A stretch of DNA of 60,042 nt, filler included, from Dirinaria sp. TL-2023a (GCA_051941275.1; 3 parts of 3 records of this genome joined end to end with filler, not necessarily neighbours in it), one strand, 5' to 3'; positions 23,001 through 37,200 are shown, numbered from the whole stretch's first letter. The notes: a model not told the origin generated them from the letters alone. Made by a program: numbers and translations.

Positions 23001-25462
23001 ACAATGCATAGCTTCTCGTGATGCGCCCAGAAGAATGTATTCTGTCGGATCTGGTTTGGTGATCTTTGCACAAATACGTTTGGATGCAAATCGAGTAAGG
23101 AAAACTTTGTGTATGTAGAATCGATTGGGATGGCAGAGTTGATGTTGCGATACACTATTACAAATACCTTTACCCCTTCACGGGCCTTACGCTGTAGCAA
23201 TCGGTCCAGGCGCCACTTCTGACTTATGGCCGCAGGCCGCCGCATGTACAGCTCCGGAGTGAGCCACCAATCGTGAATGTGAATCACATCTTTAGCCATG
23301 TCGATTGCCCGTGAAACATTCCACATGTAGTCTCGACCGTCCACGAGCCATTGAGCAAAGACGTTAGAACGTACAGGCGCGAAGCTATCAAATCGGTTTG
23401 GCTTCGCCCAAGGGGAATTTAGAGACATGTAACGTATTGACTCTTCGAATTGATGTAATTGCCTTTCGTTCTTAGCAAGAAGCTTCAGTTTTCTTTCTGA
23501 ATTCGATATTCTCAGACTGTGGTGCTGCGGATGAGAGGCCGACTCTCTTGCAGTCTTAGCCATATCCCTCGGTTTCTTCTGATCCCTGATCCGCTTTTTC
23601 TTTGTCTGCAAATCAAAACTCGAGTCTACCAGGAATACATCGTAGATGTTCATCTCTTCCGGAGAATCTACACACACAATGTAGCTGTGACGTACTGCAA
23701 ACCATTTTGGGCCATGACGCGATTTGATCAGAGACGGTGTCCAGGCTTTCCGGAAGTCCACACCTTTGCCTGACTGAATGATTAGAAGGCCTTCTTTGCC
23801 ATGATAGCTTCCTTCGGCTGCGAGCCGAACGCCTAAAGCCGAAAGTTCTAGGAACTTGCAGAGCCTGTTGCTCTCAGGCCGGAATATTAGATAACGGATC
23901 ATCTGTTGGAGATATGTCTCAAGTTTCTTTCGTTGCCTTTCTTGATACGTCTCCCTCTTCCCTGGCAATGTAGTTCCAGCGTCGCCAGCAGCGTCACCAC
24001 CTGGTACACCAACACTGCTCAGCTTTCGCCTCACATTGCTCAATGTCGGCCGCGATTTCTTCTTCTTTGCTGGTCTTTCCGTTCCACTTGCTTCGCCACC
24101 GCTAGCCCCCGTGAGCTCACCTTCATTCTCATCATCTTCATCGCTGTCACTCGGGATACCGCGAATGCCTCGCAGGTACGGGAATGTACTTCTCGGAAAA
24201 TGCGGAAGCCGAGTACGAGCATCGTCATTTCTCAGTTGTATGTATTTCTGCGCACTAATTTGCAACTTGTATCGTGCATGGAGATTCGCGAAGTCCTTGA
24301 GCGCACGGTGAATAACCCATTTCATCCGAGTGAGTCCACTACCATATTCCAGTTCGATGCGAAAGATCAGATGACGATCGCCGGATTTCGATTCCGCATC
24401 CGCATGCTGGCTATCTGTAACCCGTACTTTGAGCTGCTCTAACAAAATCGGTACTCTTCTGTTTCCGTGCTCATCTCTTTGAAACATGCTAGCAAGGAGT
24501 AACGCAGCAGGTACGCCAGCCGTGAGCTCTGCAAGTAGTTCCGCAGATTTCGCATGGTCGACAGTGTTCTCTGCTTTCCGTCTTTGACCAATCATACGCA
24601 GCCCAGCTTTCAGTTGTCGCCATTTAGCCGCGCTGACAGACGGTGCTCCTTCACTACGGTTGAATTTCCAGGAAGAGAACGGGGAGCTCTCGGGAGCGTC
24701 TCCGGAGCTTCCCAGGCCTGTGAATGCCCGCCTAAAATTACTCGGGCGACGTTCGTCGACAGATTGCTGGCTTGGTTTATGACCCTTATAGCTCAGTCCC
24801 CGAGAAGCCTGTGCCCAAGCATTGCCTTTCCTCCACGGACTTCCACTTTTCATTCGGTCTCTACCCTCGTCCTCGGATACTCCCTGGCGAGCTTCGCCCG
24901 GTATATCTGTCATCGTAGCTCTTCTTTGGAGGAAGGAGGGACGAAATCTCTCGGTGGGCACGCTTGAGTTGGATGTGAAGAAGTTGGGCCTACCATTACG
25001 GGAGGAAGGAGTTTTCGGAGTTGTTGGAGCGGTCTGATTCCCATCATCAAAAGGTCGCCGAAATTTCCTTTTCCGTTTTCGGTTGGGATACTCCCTCGAG
25101 CTGTCTTCGCCACTGCTTTGCTCAGCGTCTGCATCAACTTCACTGCCTGCGTCGTCTGGCGCCCGATTGATTGTTTGATGTGGCTCTGTTCCCGTTGCTG
25201 ATTGAGCTCCTGAAGATCGCTCATTCACCGAGTCGCCACCAAACGAGACGCCACTAGTAGTCCTTGAATGGCTTTGTGTACCTGAAGCATTTGCTAGAGC
25301 GCGTATCTTAGAAAGAAAGTTCGCCCCATAATGGTTACGATTCACAAAATCACCATCCTCCAAAGAGCCTGGCCCAGTTGCGGCTGCCGGTGAAGTACTG
25401 GCAGCAGGACCGGCGAAATGAATACTGCGGCGATCTGCTGCGGGTGTCGAGGGTTCTGGCAT
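20088..25462 (-). CDS. SPO14: Phospholipase D1 (Spo14/PLD1 family; PX, PH and two HKD motifs)
   Basis: HHEKLCIVD...GGIDL and YIHAKCMVVDD...GSANIN HKD motifs, PRMPWHD. Intron 20300-20164 leads to the true C-terminus WPYDWLVREEQGGNWLYSIDGLAPLEIYN. An additional upstream exon cannot be excluded. Confidence 0.95.
20214..20236. repeat. (TAG)n microsatellite inside the last PLD intron
   Basis: gtagtagtagtagtagtagtagt. Confidence 0.9.
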
Positions 25463-26600
25463 GCTGACCCCTTTCTGATGGCCATTCGGCCTGGAATTTA
25501 AAGAAGCTATGCTGACGAGTGTTTAAGATAGCTCATTGGAACAAATACAATGCTGGAAAGACATGCGTTATTGTGCAAATAGTGAGAGGGCCATTCTCAG
25601 AGCCTTGCGGTATTCAATCGCTCAGAACGACGATTTTGGATACAAGGAGCTTTCTGGAAGCCCATCTTTGCCCTCCAAGCCAGTGTATGCAATATTAATG
25701 ATCGACATATGAATTCGCTTGGCAACGCAGCCCGCCGGAGTATCTCCGGGTAAGAATTCCAAACTTCTAACCCTAAGGTCGAGAGGGTTAGACTTTTCCT
25801 TTGTCTCATAAACAACTCCCTTTTTGATAACATTAACCAGTCAGAAAGGATGATCACTGCAGAGGTATCTTGTGCATCGAACGTATATGCTCATAAATCT
25901 ACATACATTTATTTTGCTCATATTTTCAGGTCCACTCAATGCAATTCGGAGGAGATTGTGTGAGGATCTCCAGCCTTGGAGCCAGGAAGCTTATCAGACA
26001 GGTCTGACATGGCCGGAACTTTCTGTTGACACTGATGAAATAGAGAATCAAATCGATTTCCACATATAAGTCTAGGGGTGAGGGGTAAGGGCTAACGCTC
26101 TAATGGATCATTTCAATCTTGACAGTGTAAGTAATTGGATATGCTCTTGAAGCACCGGAGAGGCTTCGGTAACCATGTTTCGCACTGTGCTTGGTGTCGC
26201 AGTACTCTCCAACTCGAGTGTGCAAGTCCAATCTGGAATCGATCAGGATGAACGAGTGGCGCTGGAGGTTAGGTAATAGTGTTGAAGCAACTATAGCAAA
26301 GCCATTTGTACTGATGTTCATAGATACGTTAAGGTAGGTACCTTAGGATAAAGTATCAAGTACATAAATGTAATGAAATCTTGCGTTACCTGAATTTCTA
26401 TTTGCTTTAGGTTGGGACGCCTCGGCATGAGTGTTCGGCGGATCTCCGGATCTGCTGGCCCGGACTTTACGGAATTGGAGTAGATAATGTACCTAAGGTA
26501 TCTTAGATGGGCTCGATGGGGTAATTTGAGACAGACCGAGATGTGGTAAGCCCCTTCACATCATCATTATTATTGTTGACTCCTGCTCCATTCGTTCCTT

Positions 26601-27723
26601 ATGGCCACTCCTAATCCGATGAAAACCACCTATCCCAATCCTATACCGGCAATATCAAAGAAGCGTTGCACGGTTTCCGGGATAATTACAACTGTTTATG
26701 GCCTCGAGGAGCTACCAGAAGACGTCACAGAAGTCGTCTGTCTATGGCTTCTCCATCCAAGGTTACAGACCCACAGCTGTATGGAGCCCGTAGCTGCCTC
26801 AGCAATCCAGGATTGGAATATCGAGCTTGAACGCATGAAAGAAACAGGACGTCGGTTTGGCCTCATAGCCGTCTCTTTCGACCAAAGAAACCACGGATCA
26901 AGAGAGGTTGATGCACTGGCGAACGAAGCATGGCGATCAGGAAACAAGTCTCACGCGCCGGATATGCTTGCAATATATCGTTCGAACAAGATTCTTGTCG
27001 GTTTCGTGATGCTCAGTGCGCTGACAGAGTCTAGATGGTACTGCAACGGATGTTTCCCTGCTGATGACCTATATCTCGTCGTACATTTTCCCCACTGCGA
27101 ATCCGACTATTGTCGACCATATGGTGTTGGGAGTTTCGCTGGGTGGGCATGCGGCGTGGCACTGTGTTCTCCATGAACCACGTATATCTTCAGCCATCAT
27201 TGTAATTGGCTGCCCCGATTACTTCGCGCTCATGTCCGACCGTGCCAGGCTCTCAAAGCTTCACTCATGGACCCATTCCGACCCGCCAGGGTCTCAATTT
27301 ATAGGTTCCGAAGATTTTCCAGCCAGCCTCGTCGAGGCAGTTGAGGCTTACGATCCTGCGGGCATCTTCATGGGACCTCTTCGTTCGCGTACGGTAGAGA
27401 CCTACAACAGGCTACCTTCAGACGAGGAGCAAAGACGTCTTCGACCGCTTATGAAAAGGATGTTCCAGGGTAAGCGGATTCTGAATATGGCTGGAGCAAT
27501 CGATAAATTGGTTCCGTACAAATGTGGGGAGCCGTTTCTTCGATGGCTCAAAGTAGCACTGGCCAGTGATGGCTGGCTTGGCGACGGCGTATTCACTCTA
27601 CAAGATATCATTTTTGATAACGTGGGCCATCAGATGAGCTCGCAGATGGCCGATAAAGCAAACGAATTCATCCTGGAAACCATGACCCTTAGAAGCCGAC
27701 CTGTCACTTTTGCTAAGATATGA
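26601..27723 (+). CDS. Alpha/beta hydrolase fold protein, 2 exons
   Basis: LWLLHPRLQ, FDQRNHGSR, nucleophile elbow GVSLGGH, D-K-L-V-P and VGH. Intron 26980-27034 joins IY|HGTATDV. Confidence 0.85.
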
Positions 27724-29112
27724 ATGAAAGCCTGTACCTCACACATTCTGACACTGACCACCCAACATGAGGAGATTGCTTTGACATCGGTTGTTGGCAG
27801 TGAAAGGCCATCGATTCTATCGCCCAACGATTTCCTTGCCAAACCAAGTTCTCTCGATTACAGCAAATGATTGGGGCACAAGGTTCTAGTGCACTACCGA
27901 AACCGTCTTGGAGCGATCCTGAGCACGTATGTATGTATGCGAATTTGGCAGCCCGCATGCTGTCCAGTGCTTCTGTCGGCGGCATCTTTAGGTCAGCACA
28001 CGTAATGAGCCGTCCATCGAAGATCGACTTCAAGAACCGATGCTGAGCAGGTTTCAGAAGCCGCAGCAATCATTCGGACGTTTGCGGCTCCTAAATCAAT
28101 AGCAGATCCTTATTATCGTTGGCTCGAGGATACGGAGATCCCGGCTTTGCTACCAAATGTCCGTCCTCTGAACCTTATCGACCGTGTTCATTGTTGATGG
28201 CACCCAAATTCGCAGTCGTGAGTCCTTGTGTGACATACAATACAAAAGTTAATGCCTCTTTTCAAATGTCAAAAGGCCGAACTCGGATTTCGAATACCGT
28301 GTCTCTTTTATTCCACTATGGATTAGCATGGCTGGGTTCTGATCCGAATAATTAGCTTCTTCAAGCGCCGCAACTTTACTCAGTCCCACTTTGCACAAGG
28401 CGCTTCCTTTGCTAGTGTCAAAAGCGTTCGATGCCTAAAGAATTCTTCGATAAACGGTTAACACTGCGGATATCTTCTCACCCATGGGACGTGTTGAGAG
28501 GCTAAATAGGTGCTATTTGCTACATATTTGGCGTCTTCACGTTCATAGGTCATCTCCTAGGGGGCAAAGGTGGGTCAAGGCTCTTTGACAAATGATTTCA
28601 TGGTAGAACCCGCCTCAAAGGCAAGGTTGAGTGTTCGTGGTCCACTTTTGCATTGATGTCCAAATCCCGTAACCCCCGATACCTGGGACCGGGTGGGTCA
28701 CCTTTCCTAATACTGACGACGCGAATGACGAGGATGACGCATCGCCTGGATCGGTGCAGAGCCCTTCAAGGAATCCGAGGGCCATCGGTGGAGAAGAACC
28801 CCAAGAGGTGCCAAGACCCGTTCCTTCCTTGAAGTTCTTGATAAATCAGGTAAAGTACATAAAGTAAGGTACGTTAGGGTATGGAAGCACGTGATGTACC
28901 GTATGTATGTACTGCTAGCTACTAGCTATCTTACAGTAGAGCTCCTTGACTTCGACGCGCTTCTGATCTTCGCTTTTCTATCCTCCACCCACTAGCTCTT
29001 TACGAACTAGCTGTATTAGAAACATCAAACCATTGCCTCTCCATCGCTCGTTGCATCTTTTCAAAGACACAGCCAGTTAGAAGTAGTAATCTGCCAGAAT
29101 CGCATCTGCAAC

Positions 29113-30455
29113 ATGTCCTTCGTACTATTCCACTTCTACTTCTTCGCAGCTCTGCTATGCCTGCGTGAGGTTTCGTGTGCCGCTTTCTCCAATGGCCAAG
29201 TACAGCCAGGTGTCTATCCTGCCCCTGCGTTGCCCAGCAACTTCACCAAGAAGCCGCAGTACTGGCGGTCACCAAATGCTACAAATCCAGCTCTTTTCGC
29301 TTCTCGTGGTCATCTTGGCCCAAGCATCCGCCAGTCGAGAAAGCCTCGATCATCCAGCGTCTCCCAACGGCAGTCAGGTACATCGTGGGCGGGATGGCCG
29401 AACGTTCGTTATATTTTCTCGTTGTGAGTGCTCCGGCCATCAGCACACTTATGGTGCTCCTGCTCAGGTTAAAGCAGTGGCGACTCTTATACCAGCACCG
29501 GCTTCAACGTTCATGGTACCCAGCCATATGCTGGCAACCCGCTAGGGAATCCCGCTTACCCCGGCGCTACCTCTGCAAACGGCCCCAATTACGTGGATTT
29601 CCTGTCCACAACATACAACGAAAGCTACATTCAGACATACAATTTCGGCTATGGCGGAGCAACGGTTGACCCTGCATTGGTCGCCTCCCCTTACGGCCTG
29701 ATAGTGCAGTCGTTCGAGCAGCAAGTGACCCAGGGATTCTTGCCAACATATACCGATGGTACTGTTCCCTGGTCTGCAACAGACACTCTCTTCACAATAT
29801 TCTTCGGCATCAATGATGTCATCCTGTCATATGCTCGACGGAATGACTCGCTGAACCTGGCCCTGATTAAGGATTATGAGGGTCTCGTCAACCAGGTATG
29901 CATTTTCCAAGCTTGACATTGCTCGCACATATTGTACTGATCGGAAACCTGAAGCTCTACGCTGCGGGTGCCAGGAACTTCCTCTTCATGAACGTAATCC
30001 CAGTCGACCTTACTCCCGGTAGCCTCGACTTGAGCGATGCCGACAGAGGGTCACTTGCTTCCTATATCGGCGCATACAACTGGCGGCTCGGGCATCTCAC
30101 CTACTACCTTCATCAGCGGCATCCTGACACTTCTGTGTTTTACCTCGACACCAATTGGCTCTTCACAAGGGTGATCGACTACCCCTCACAATTTGCGCAA
30201 ACGGCTGGCTATAGGAATACGACTCAGGACTGCCCTGCATATGCACAGTGAGTTATCACGACCCCGTTTTTCCACGCCAGACTACGGGCAACTCGGCTAA
30301 CGAGATCAAAAAAAAGTGGCACACCGACCCTGAGCTATTTCAATTCTTCGTGCGGGATACCGGTCGATCAGTACCTCTGGCTGAACGACCTTCATCCAAC
30401 CTATCCTGTGCATAACCTAATGGCCGCCCAAGCTGTCCAGCTGATGGGGACATAA
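29113..30455 (+). CDS. Secreted GDSL/SGNH esterase (carbohydrate esterase family 16-like), 4 exons
   Basis: Signal peptide, spliced FSFGDSYTSTGF, YNFGYGGATVD, FFGINDV, LYAAGARNFLF, YLWLNDLHPT. Confidence 0.85.
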
Positions 30456-31456
30456 GGGTATGTTACCGAGTGAGCATGATAACTTATATTTGAAAGTGGG
30501 ACCAACGCTAATTATTTTAATCATAGGCCATGGGTTACACTTTGTCCACAGAACACGGAACTTTTTATCCCTCCTGGGGAAGGAAACCCCCTCCCCCCCT
30601 TTCCCCAACAAGAAAAAGAGAGACGAACAGAACTTTGCCTCGGTTTTCGCTGCTATTTTTCGGACATGAGAGCACAAGCTTTGGGCATACATGGGCTCCC
30701 CAGCAGATATGTCACTACTAGAGAGAGAATGAATAATAATAATACAAACTTTTAATAGAAAATTGAAAGCGGAATCATGTCATGTAAATGTAAATGCAAG
30801 GACTTCCGCCTTGTTTTTTCTTCTTCTTGTTGTTGCTCTGCTCTGATTTATATATAATATACTCATAAGAAACCCCATATTCACCTTTCGAACAGCGCGC
30901 GCCAGCCAGCCAGCCAGCCAGTAGCAAGTAGCAGAAGTAGATTGTTAATTAGTTGGTTTATTACTTGTATATATGTCATGAGTTGAAACAATTTCATTCA
31001 ATTTCACAAAAAAACATGCCTCATCAACCGCGTGTGTAAAGTCATTACACAAGTCCTGAATTGCTAAGGTCTAGACGGTATGGGGTTTTTGAAAGGAAGG
31101 TCTCATATGGGGAGAACTCAAGCGCCGATTTTCCCCCTTTTCCCCCGAAAACAAAAATTGATAAGTGATCCCTCCAGAAAAGGAAAATCGCCTACTTTGG
31201 TAGGTACATACATGCATGTAGCCCTCCCAACGCAATGCCAACGCCCAGTATGCATGTACTTATGTAAAGAAATAGAATCTCGTTCTCTGTGACCCGATCC
31301 GATCCGGAATGGTATAAAAACACCTTTTGAATGCGACTTGCTTCATAAGGTAAGGCCGAGGGGAAAAAAAAGAACCACCTCAAAAGATGCTTTTTTCCTC
31401 CTTGGCTCACAGTACACCCACCCACCCAACTCTTTTTACTTGACTTTGAGGATAAA

Positions 31457-32774
31457 CTACGCTGGTGCGGCGATCCCAGACATACCCCTCGCCATGCGGT
31501 TCGCCATGCCTCTCCATTTCACGTCCCGCGCTGGGACGAGCCCGCTTATCCGCGGTGGTGGAGGTGGTTGTGATGAGGGATGTTGTTGCTGCTGCTGTTC
31601 TGCCTCGAGTTTCGGGGATTTATTGACTGGGAATCGGATTTTGCCTGTTTGGTTGGGGAAGGGTTTGGGTTAGCTTTTTGGTACGCTTAGGTCTTTTCTC
31701 GCTTCTCAGCCCCAAACCTCCCGAAAAAGTGGGGAAACCGGAATCAAAGAATCGAGATCAAAGAACAGAAAGGGGGGGGGTGGAAAGGGTAAAAAACATA
31801 CCCATGCCAAAAGGATGCATGTTCTCATAGATGGTTTCCCAGTTTCCCCTCGGCGCGAAGTAGGTCTCGTGGTAGATGCCGACGTCGTGGTGCGATTGCC
31901 GGTAATGGTCCCACCAGGCCCACCCTTCGCGGTGGGAGGCCCCGTGCGCGAAGGCGTGCAGGTGCTCAATCGATGCCCAGTAGCTGACTGTCAATGTTGT
32001 GAAGGTGCCGGAGGGGTTCAGCTCGATTAAGGGGTTGGATCTTCCGAGGTCTATAGTTCGATTTTAGCGAAAAGTTCGCGGTTTGTTTTTTTGTTGATTA
32101 GCTCCCTTCTTCCCCCTTTTTTCTTTACTTTTTCTATTTTCTTGGGTTTTTTTGGGAGGGGAGGTGGTGTGAAAGAAGAGTAAGGTAAGGTAATGGGATA
32201 AGAAGATGAAGAAACTCACAGCCCCATTTCGCAGCATCGGCTTCTATTTCCACGAACATGTCCCTAAAGTAATCTCCTGTCGTTTTGAACCCCGGCGCGA
32301 ATGGCCCGGCAGGACTGTAGTCACCGTCGTTGTTAGAACCAGCCAAAAACTTTGGATATACAGTCTTCCCGTTCAGAGTATTCCCACCAAACTCCACTAT
32401 AACAGGCAACACTGAAGCAGGCCCCCCAAAAAAAGGAAAGAAAAGAAAAAAAGAAAAACTCACTGATTACTGGCAGCGCCAATCAGGAAGACGACGACGC
32501 CCTTGTCGCTCGCCTTCTGCGGCACGCCGTCATGCTCCGGCACCTGCGCCGTCCATTTGTCGCGCTTGATGGGGTCCTCGTAGGAGTTGTGTTTGAAGCC
32601 GTAGCTAATGAGAGCAGTGTCGCTGATGCGGAGGAGGAGCAGGAAGGCAGCGGGGAGCATGGCATAGCGCAGGGGGAGGAAGATGTGCAGGAGGGATTGC
32701 AGGAGGGCGCCGACTAGGAGGATGGTGCTGAGGGAGAAGGCGTTGAGGAGGAATCCGAGGGTGGAGCGTGCCAT
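31457..32774 (-). CDS. DUF4188/Af470-like monooxygenase family membrane protein, 4 exons
   Basis: N-terminal TM helices, VVVFLIGA, GPFAPGFK, SYWASIEHLHAFAHGASHREGWAWW, GIYHETYFAPRGNWETIYENMHPFGMG. Introns contain homopolymer runs. Confidence 0.8.
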
Positions 32775-33979
32775 TGGGTTTGTTGGTGGGTGCAGCACGA
32801 AGAGATCTGGGTTAGGTGGTGGATGGGTAGAGATAGTGAGTGGGGAGAATGTAAGAAGAAATGAGTAAGGTAGTAGAAGGAGAAGGGGATTCTCAAGTTA
32901 GGAAAGAGAAGGACTGGGAAACAATAATCATGAAGTAGTCCCACGTTACTTTAAGCGCGGTGGAGTGTTGGAAGAGGAAGTTGGTCACCTCGGTACTTAT
33001 TATTATGCACAAATAGACTGATGGCAAGTGAACGGGAAAGTGGACAGATAGCGTGCGGCTACATATCTTTTTATTCTTGATGAATCCTGAATAAATAGAA
33101 TAATCAGTACGGAGGCGAGTCGCCGTACGACCGTATACTAAGTCGCGGCGCTAAGTGCATCTGGGGTTCATCCGAGTCTGACCTGAGTCGTGGATGGCAT
33201 TGGCATGTGAATGGTGGTGTGTGGAGAGAGAGTCAGGTAAGGTAAGGTAGGTAGGGTTAAGACTTAACTGGCTCGAGTGGTTAGTAAGGCACCTTAGTGA
33301 GCGACTCCCGTCGGTTCCGTTTGTTCAATAATCCTCTGGCTGACCTCGGCACATCGGCTCCGATTGCTCCGGTTTCTTCACGTACGAGCGAGACGATCAC
33401 CTAACCCTCACCCCATGCCCACGTGACCCCGTCAAGGGGTTACAGGTTGAACTGTTTCACGCGACCTCAATGCAGTACATGATTTCACGGACAGCCCTTC
33501 TGTATCCGTTGAGTGCTAAGGTACGTATCTGTCAGGAACCCACGACGCGAGATTCTAGAGCAAATCTGTCACGTCCGATTGGGGAACCTTAGTCGAGGAC
33601 TACTACACGCAAATCAAGCCATCGCGGACCGTCCCTGGATTTACGCCCGTACTGGCAAGCTAGCCATGCCGTGAAGATCCTTCCGTTACGGCCTAAATAA
33701 TCTGCACAAATCCGTGGATACGGGCGATGACACTTCAGCATGACAGGATGACAATATCAGGTAAGGTAGGGTCCACATGTCCTTTACCGGATGCTTCGCT
33801 TAGCATGCCCGGTCAAATTGTTCAAGCTTTCAAATAGTATGTACAAGAAGAGTAACAATCCCGTGCCTTCGATGCTGTTTGCTCTCCCTAGATCTCGTCT
33901 TTCCCAAGACTGCGCTCTCATGCTCTGCTGCATGACTGTCGTGGCACCAGTCCACATGGGCCAGCACTGACTTTTTCTT

Positions 33980-35593
33980 CTAGAAGTTGGCGTAGTATTC
34001 GCCAAGTGAAGACATGCTTCCGTCTGCGTTGAGGAAACCTGTCCCTGTCGATCGGCTAGGCGAGACGTACGCATACCGCTCGACGGCATCGTTCTCTTCC
34101 AGCCACGGCAGCACCTGGCTCAGCCATTGCTGCTGTTCCTCGTTCGTACCCGAGGCCTGGAAGTTGTCGACCCAAACCTTCTTGCCGTTGGCCATCGCCG
34201 TCGCATTGTTGATGGTGGTTTTGAAATCTTGTACACGCTGCGCCGGGGTAGCGGACCAGACCCAGTGGATTGCAATGAAATCGTATATGCATCCCGCTTT
34301 GTCACAGAGGCTGAGGAATTGCTTGAGCCAAGCGAGATCTGGATCTGGCTGCAGGACGGCCGGGGCCCCCACTTTAATGCCTTGCTTGGCATATGGCTGC
34401 AGATCTTTCATATAGAGGTCGACCGCATCTTGGGGGTCCATGTTCGTGTGCATCGTGGCAGTATCGGGTGCTTCTGGCTCACCGAAGCCGAGGAAGTATT
34501 TGGCACCCTTTGCAATCGCTTGCTTCGCGTTGGTCGTCCATTCATACTTAGGCGCGGTATTGGACTCCTTGCCGTAGTCCTGGGGGACAAATTCGATGTG
34601 CGAGCTAAGATTCGGTGGGGGCGCTGAATACCAATTGCAGAGCCAAGTTATCTTGGACGAATTGTCAAATGCAGAAACAAGCGCATTTTGATCAGAACCG
34701 CTTGCAAGGATACCGCGCTTCTTGCCGGCCGCTGGCTTGGTGGATAAGATTGGGGAGGATGGAGCGGTGGACGGCGCTGCCGTGGTAGGTTTGGCTACTG
34801 CAGAGTCCTTCACTTGTGATGTTGGCGGTACCACGGCTGGTTCACTCTTCGAAATTGGCGTCTTGGGCTGGGGCAAGGGAGTCGGTGTTGTATGCACCTG
34901 CGCTGACTTAGCCTTAGAAGATGCAGCCACAGTGTTCGGAAGTACCGGCACAGGCGAAGAAGCCACTTGCTTCGTTGATTCTTGCAACGCTGTTGATGAA
35001 GCGGATTGAGAGGTGGCTAACGTCGAGGAAGTCGCGCCTTCTGGAGAATTGGCGCCGGTAGATGCGCCCTCCGGAGTCGGATATTCAGATGGCGAGGTTG
35101 GCAAGATTGAGATACTACCGCTGCTGCCACGCGGAGATGTCATAGTGACAGTGACAGTTGGGTTGTACGTTTCCGTGACTGTTCCTGAACCGCAGGCTGC
35201 TCCAGTCGCATCTTTCGCCGCACCCGACTGAGCAGCTTCTCCAGGACCACTGGGAGTGCTGGAAGAGCCGATACCAGAGGATGGAGTCCCCGGCAGTACG
35301 GTCTGGACGGTCTGGACGGTTTGACGGACAGTTGTTGTCAACACTTGAAAGCCGCTGGCCAGACCGGTGCTTCCTGGGACCGTTGTGTTGCCAAGGCCAT
35401 ACGGAGCTGACTGAGCAGCAGATGAGGGTAGGCCAGTTGGCAAAACGCCAGCCGTCAGGACCGGCTCGCCGGAAGAATAGTGATATGGCTTGTGGTGGTG
35501 ATGTTCAGGGTGTCGAAAACCATAGCCGTAACCTTGAGGAGAGGCAAGAGCCGCCGGCGCCATGGAGGCAATGAAGACGAAGGCTGTGATCAT
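33980..35593 (-). CDS. Secreted GH128 (Asl1-like glycosyl hydrolase domain) protein with long Ser/Thr/Pro-rich N-terminal region
   Basis: Signal peptide, S/T/P stalk, then KRGI, WLCNW, EFVP, LGFGEPE, VGAPAV, WLKQF..C..C..DFIAIHW, VERYAY. Confidence 0.85.
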   Translation of the reverse strand: MITAFVFIASMAPAALASPQGYGYGFRHPEHHHHKPYHYSSGEPVLTAGVLPTGLPSSAAQSAPYGLGNTTVPGSTGLASGFQVLTTTVRQTVQTVQTVLPGTPSSGIGSSSTPSGPGEAAQSGAAKDATGAACGSGTVTETYNPTVTVTMTSPRGSSGSISILPTSPSEYPTPEGASTGANSPEGATSSTLATSQSASSTALQESTKQVASSPVPVLPNTVAASSKAKSAQVHTTPTPLPQPKTPISKSEPAVVPPTSQVKDSAVAKPTTAAPSTAPSSPILSTKPAAGKKRGILASGSDQNALVSAFDNSSKITWLCNWYSAPPPNLSSHIEFVPQDYGKESNTAPKYEWTTNAKQAIAKGAKYFLGFGEPEAPDTATMHTNMDPQDAVDLYMKDLQPYAKQGIKVGAPAVLQPDPDLAWLKQFLSLCDKAGCIYDFIAIHWVWSATPAQRVQDFKTTINNATAMANGKKVWVDNFQASGTNEEQQQWLSQVLPWLEENDAVERYAYVSPSRSTGTGFLNADGSMSSLGEYYANF

Positions 35594-37200
35594 GTTGATG
35601 ATGTTTAATGTAAAAATCGCGAGCTATGGGATCTGGTTTGGTAAATTGAGAAAACGAGACCAAGTCAAGTTGACCTCTGAGCGATCGAAGTTGTCGAAGG
35701 CACTGCCTGGTACTAAAATGAATGTAAATGGTCGACTGGGACCAAAGGAAAGTGGGATAAAGAGCGAATATTTTGTCAAAGAAAGGGAAACAAGTTGGAT
35801 GTGCTGAGACAAAGATTGGGATGTCAGAGAAACAATAATAATGATGAATGATGGAGTTATCGATAGGGGGGAAGTGCCAAGACTTCGTAGCGCCGGCAAA
35901 AAGTTGTGGGAACGCTAATGTAGTAAAGGAAGCGGGGACAAGCGGGGAGGCGGGTTGAAACACGCAGAGACACGGACACGCAGGCAAGCATCAGGGGCAA
36001 ATCACTTCACATTGTTTCAAGGAGCATTGCAACCACGCACAGCTGGAAGTCTAGATCCACTCCGTCGAGCGTCAGCACTTCAATCCCAGTTCATCACTCG
36101 GAAACCAACGTCGACTGCAGACCTCCCCCAGTAAGAAGTGAAGGAGTAGGTTGCATTGTCTCTCATTCGGTGCACCTCGCGCCTTCAGCTTTCCAGGTTC
36201 TTTTTTAGCGCTCCGTAAAGACATATCCAACTTGTCGGAATATTAACTCAAGTCTCTCCGTTCTTTTCAATCAATTTCCCTTGCATGTTTCCAGTTGTCT
36301 TCATTAGAAGCGTCATCTCAATCACGAACCTCGAGCATTTGAGGACAATGGCTAGCTCAAAGGGTGGCAAGGTATAACGCCCACTTGAGTATCGTGCGAT
36401 TATTGCAGTCTGCCAAGTCAACATCGTGATGGGGAGAGCGGCGAGCTTGCACTCAGTCCTGGATCACTTGGCCAGCATGATTCAGTCAAACAAGCGTGAT
36501 AGTAATATCTGAGTGCCCATGGTGTGAAGCCTGTCTATTCCAAGCTTGAATCTGCTGACATAAATTTCCCAGAGCAATGGATTTATCATCCTGGTGAAGC
36601 GGATCTCCTGATCAGATCTACCCTCAAATCAAGTTACTCGTGAAGTTGGCATTCTTGGCAGCTGGCTATAAGAACTGGATACCGCAGAAAAGCCTACTTC
36701 AAGATTCGGACGTCCGGGCTCCTTCGAATGTATCGACGTGGGCGCCCCAAGATCACGTAGCTTACCTTACATAATGTGGAAACTCTAGGATTCTCACAAT
36801 TGAGCGGTGACCGAAAAAGGCGACCCTCCCATGCCCCTTCACTGAATATGTAGGTCACCATACTCCATCACTTTCGAGTCATCACCAAATCTACGCCATG
36901 CTGAAGACACCAATAGAGCGGCGACTCATGCATGAATTGCAGATACACGATGGAATTCTTTGTCACACTCAACCACAGTGACCACACCTCCGGGCTAGAA
37001 CTTTCATTTTACAGTACATATAAGCCATCATCGCCCATCTTTGTAAACGAGGATTGATATGCAGCATCATCTTTGCAACAAACCTTCTCCGCTCACGCTT
37101 TCATTGAGCACTTCCAACACCGACGATTTCTCCTAGCCCCTAAGGTTGAGGAAGCCATACAAGTACTCGAACTTGGGACACTGGTTGCAAGTAGCAGCAC

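Noticed and set aside
33261..33330. tRNA-like D-arm sequence TGGCTCGAGTGGTTA
   Set aside because: No TpsiC arm (GTTCRA) or acceptor stem pairing.
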